From positions 64,017 to 128,016 of the forward strand of contig PTKZ01000002.1 in NCBI GenBank assembly GCA_002938205.1: a stretch of 64,000 bases of DNA, given 5' to 3'. Under the pieces are notes generated by a model. It ran no database searches and was not told where the DNA came from. It saw only the letters and a program-made list of their open reading frames with translations. Below are positions 61,884 through 64,000 of this stretch, one piece after another. Each line of letters starts with the position of its first letter. Within the stretch, counting starts at the first letter, position 1. Position numbers and translations under genes: made by a program. The DNA comes from Alphaproteobacteria bacterium MarineAlpha5_Bin5 (GTDB lineage: Bacteria; Pseudomonadota; Alphaproteobacteria; HIMB59; GCA-002718135).

Positions 61884-63059
61884 TTGTATATGACTACTCT
61901 AGATAAAACAGTTTCAATATTGACAGATTTGGTTGCATACCCATCAGTCTCTTCAGAAAGTAATTTAGAAATAATAAATTACTTAGCTAATAAAATTGAA
62001 TCCTGTGGAGGAAAAGTCAATATAATGACCACAGAGGATGGTAAACAGGCTAATATTTTTGGAACTATTGGACCTGAGATTGATGGAGGTATTGTTTTAT
62101 CAGGACATACAGATGTTGTGCCAGCTAAAGAATTAAATTGGAATTCCGATCCTTTTAAACTTACAAGAAAAGATAATTTACTTTATGGCAGAGGTAGTTG
62201 CGATATGAAAGGTTTTATTGCTACTTCATTAGCTGCTGCAGAAATTTTAAAAAATCAAAAGCTAAATTTACCAGTTCACTTTAGTTTTACTTATGACGAA
62301 GAAATTGGGTGTTTTGGCGCAAGACATCTAACTAAAGAATTAAAAAAATATAAATATAATCCTTCTATGGTAATCATAGGTGAGCCAACTAATATGGAAA
62401 TTATTGAAGCTCATAAAGGAGATTGTGAGTATACTACTTGCTTTTATGGAATAGAAGGTCATGCTTCAAATCCAGAAAAAGGTTTGTCAGCTATACAATA
62501 TGGCTCGTTATTTACTAACAAACTTTTTGAATTAGGAAGTGAACTTAAAAAAAGAGCACCAAGTGATAGTCCATTCGATCCACCATGGACAACGATTCAA
62601 GCAGGTAAAATTGAAGGAGGAGTTGCTCATAATGTTATTGCAGGAAAATGTTCAATTGATTGGGAAATGCGACCAGTAAATAATGAGGATAAAGATTTTG
62701 TTAAAAATAGTTTATCTGATTATTGTGATAAAAATCTTTTGCCTGAAATGGAATCTAAATTCTCAAAAGCAAAAATTGAAACAGATATAATAGGAGAAAT
62801 ACCTGGTCTTATTCCTAAAAAAGATAATGAAGCTCGAGTTATTATGCAAGAATTATTGCATTCAAATTCAACCGGAGTTATTTCTTTTGGAACTGAAGCA
62901 GGAATATTTCAAGAAATGGATATGGATGTTGTCGTGTGTGGTCCTGGATCAATTGATCAAGCTCATAAAGCCAATGAATTTATTAGTTTATCAGAACTTG
63001 AAAAGTCTCTTCTTAATCTATTAAATCTACTAGATCATTGGACTAAAAGATCTATATAA
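61884..63059 (+). CDS. M20-family metallo-deacylase (ArgE/acetylornithine deacetylase-like)
   Basis: 391 aa (LSGHTDVVPA, GRGSCDMKGF, YDEEIGCFGA). The ATG at 61890 is a likely alternative to the tracked TTG. Confidence 0.8.
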   Translation: MYMTTLDKTVSILTDLVAYPSVSSESNLEIINYLANKIESCGGKVNIMTTEDGKQANIFGTIGPEIDGGIVLSGHTDVVPAKELNWNSDPFKLTRKDNLLYGRGSCDMKGFIATSLAAAEILKNQKLNLPVHFSFTYDEEIGCFGARHLTKELKKYKYNPSMVIIGEPTNMEIIEAHKGDCEYTTCFYGIEGHASNPEKGLSAIQYGSLFTNKLFELGSELKKRAPSDSPFDPPWTTIQAGKIEGGVAHNVIAGKCSIDWEMRPVNNEDKDFVKNSLSDYCDKNLLPEMESKFSKAKIETDIIGEIPGLIPKKDNEARVIMQELLHSNSTGVISFGTEAGIFQEMDMDVVVCGPGSIDQAHKANEFISLSELEKSLLNLLNLLDHWTKRSI

Positions 63060-63065
63060 AAAATA

Positions 63066-64000
63066 ATGCAATTAAAAAAAACTTGTGAGATTGTTATAAT
63101 TGGAGGAGGTATAGCAGGATCTAGTCTTGCATACCATTTAGCTAAGTTAAATAAAACAGATGTCACTTTATTAGAGAGACATCAATTAACCTCTGGGACT
63201 ACTTGGCATGCTGCGGGTTTAATTATGCAATTACGCTCAACACATAGTCTGACAGAAATAGCAAAATATAATGTTGAGCTTTACTCAACACTTGAATCAG
63301 AAACTGGGGTTCCTACGGGCTTTAAACAAAATGGAACACTAGGGGTTGCGAGAACTAAAGATCGTATGCATGAAACTAACATAATTGCTTCAATAGCAAA
63401 AAGTTTTAATATTGAAGCAGAGATGATTTCTCCATTAGAAGCACAAAATATTTATCCTGAATTAAATAAGGAATGTATTGAGGGTGCAATATATATATCT
63501 AAAGATGGACAGACAAATCCTGTTGACACAACAATGTCTTTAATTGCTGGTGCAAAAAAACTTGGAGTAACAGTTCAAGAAAATACAGAAGTTATTGATT
63601 TAAAAAAAAATTCTAATAAATCTTTTACAGTAATTACAAGAAATGAAAAAATTAATTGTGAGAAATTAGTAATTGCATGCGGGTTGTGGACAAGAACTCT
63701 AGCTTCTAAATTAGGAATTCAAGTACCTCTTTATCCAGCTGAACATTTTTATGTTGTAACTGAACCATCAAAAGATGCTTTAAAAAACTTACCAGTTTTG
63801 CGTGATACAGATGGTCATGTTTATATTAAAGAAGATGCTGGCAAATTTTTAGTAGGTGCTTTTGAACCATGGGGAAAAGCAATTTCTATTGAAAAACTTC
63901 CACAAAATATCCCATTTATAGAACTTCCTGAAGATTGGGATCATTTTGAATTACCTTATACAAAAGCAATGGAGTTATTAAAACCATTAAATAATATTGG
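63066..64000 (+). CDS. FAD-dependent oxidoreductase of the dimethylglycine/sarcosine dehydrogenase family (5' part, truncated by the window end)
   Basis: Hand-translated open frame from the ATG at 63066 to the window end. It shows a Rossmann motif IVIIGGGIAGSSLAYHL and TSGTTWHAAGL (covalent-FAD His context of DMGDH/SARDH). It is absent from the ORF track because no stop falls in the window. Confidence 0.8.
   Translation, partial: MQLKKTCEIVIIGGGIAGSSLAYHLAKLNKTDVTLLERHQLTSGTTWHAAGLIMQLRSTHSLTEIAKYNVELYSTLESETGVPTGFKQNGTLGVARTKDRMHETNIIASIAKSFNIEAEMISPLEAQNIYPELNKECIEGAIYISKDGQTNPVDTTMSLIAGAKKLGVTVQENTEVIDLKKNSNKSFTVITRNEKINCEKLVIACGLWTRTLASKLGIQVPLYPAEHFYVVTEPSKDALKNLPVLRDTDGHVYIKEDAGKFLVGAFEPWGKAISIEKLPQNIPFIELPEDWDHFELPYTKAMELLKPLNNI

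Overview
The window is AT-rich and very tightly packed. Most genes abut or overlap, and I saw no transposase, integrase, CRISPR array or long repeat. Gene content and order fit a streamlined marine alphaproteobacterium of the Pelagibacterales/SAR11 type; this is inference from composition and synteny, not a database hit. About half the window (approx. 19.2-49.2 kb) is the core translation/transcription locus: tRNA-Thr, rlmB, tRNA-Tyr, tRNA-Gly, tuf, tRNA-Trp, secE-nusG-rplKAJL-rpoBC, then rpsL-rpsG-fusA fused directly to the S10, spc and alpha operons. The first 19 kb holds housekeeping genes (rluD, xseB-dxs-tlyA, aroC-fabI, pdxH, pyrE), a TauE-centred module of uncharacterised membrane proteins, and a molybdenum/tungsten-cofactor plus NAD-type formate dehydrogenase supercluster. 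The last 10 kb is the least ordinary part. It is a compact catabolic island with an ectoine-type (ehu-like) polar amino-acid ABC transporter, EutA-like and EutD/DoeA-like genes and an ArgE-like deacetylase. It also has a GabD-like aldehyde dehydrogenase, a DMGDH-family flavoenzyme (cut by the window end) and an unexpected amidinotransferase-fold enzyme. I see no clearly novel defence or mobile system. The best candidates for undescribed biology are that island, the TauE/unknown-membrane-protein/Usp module, a TusA-like gene and an orphan TupB-like permease tied to formate dehydrogenase, and a half-length CrcB-like ORF. All functional calls come from reading the supplied translations against remembered family motifs, so they need HMM/BLAST confirmation.
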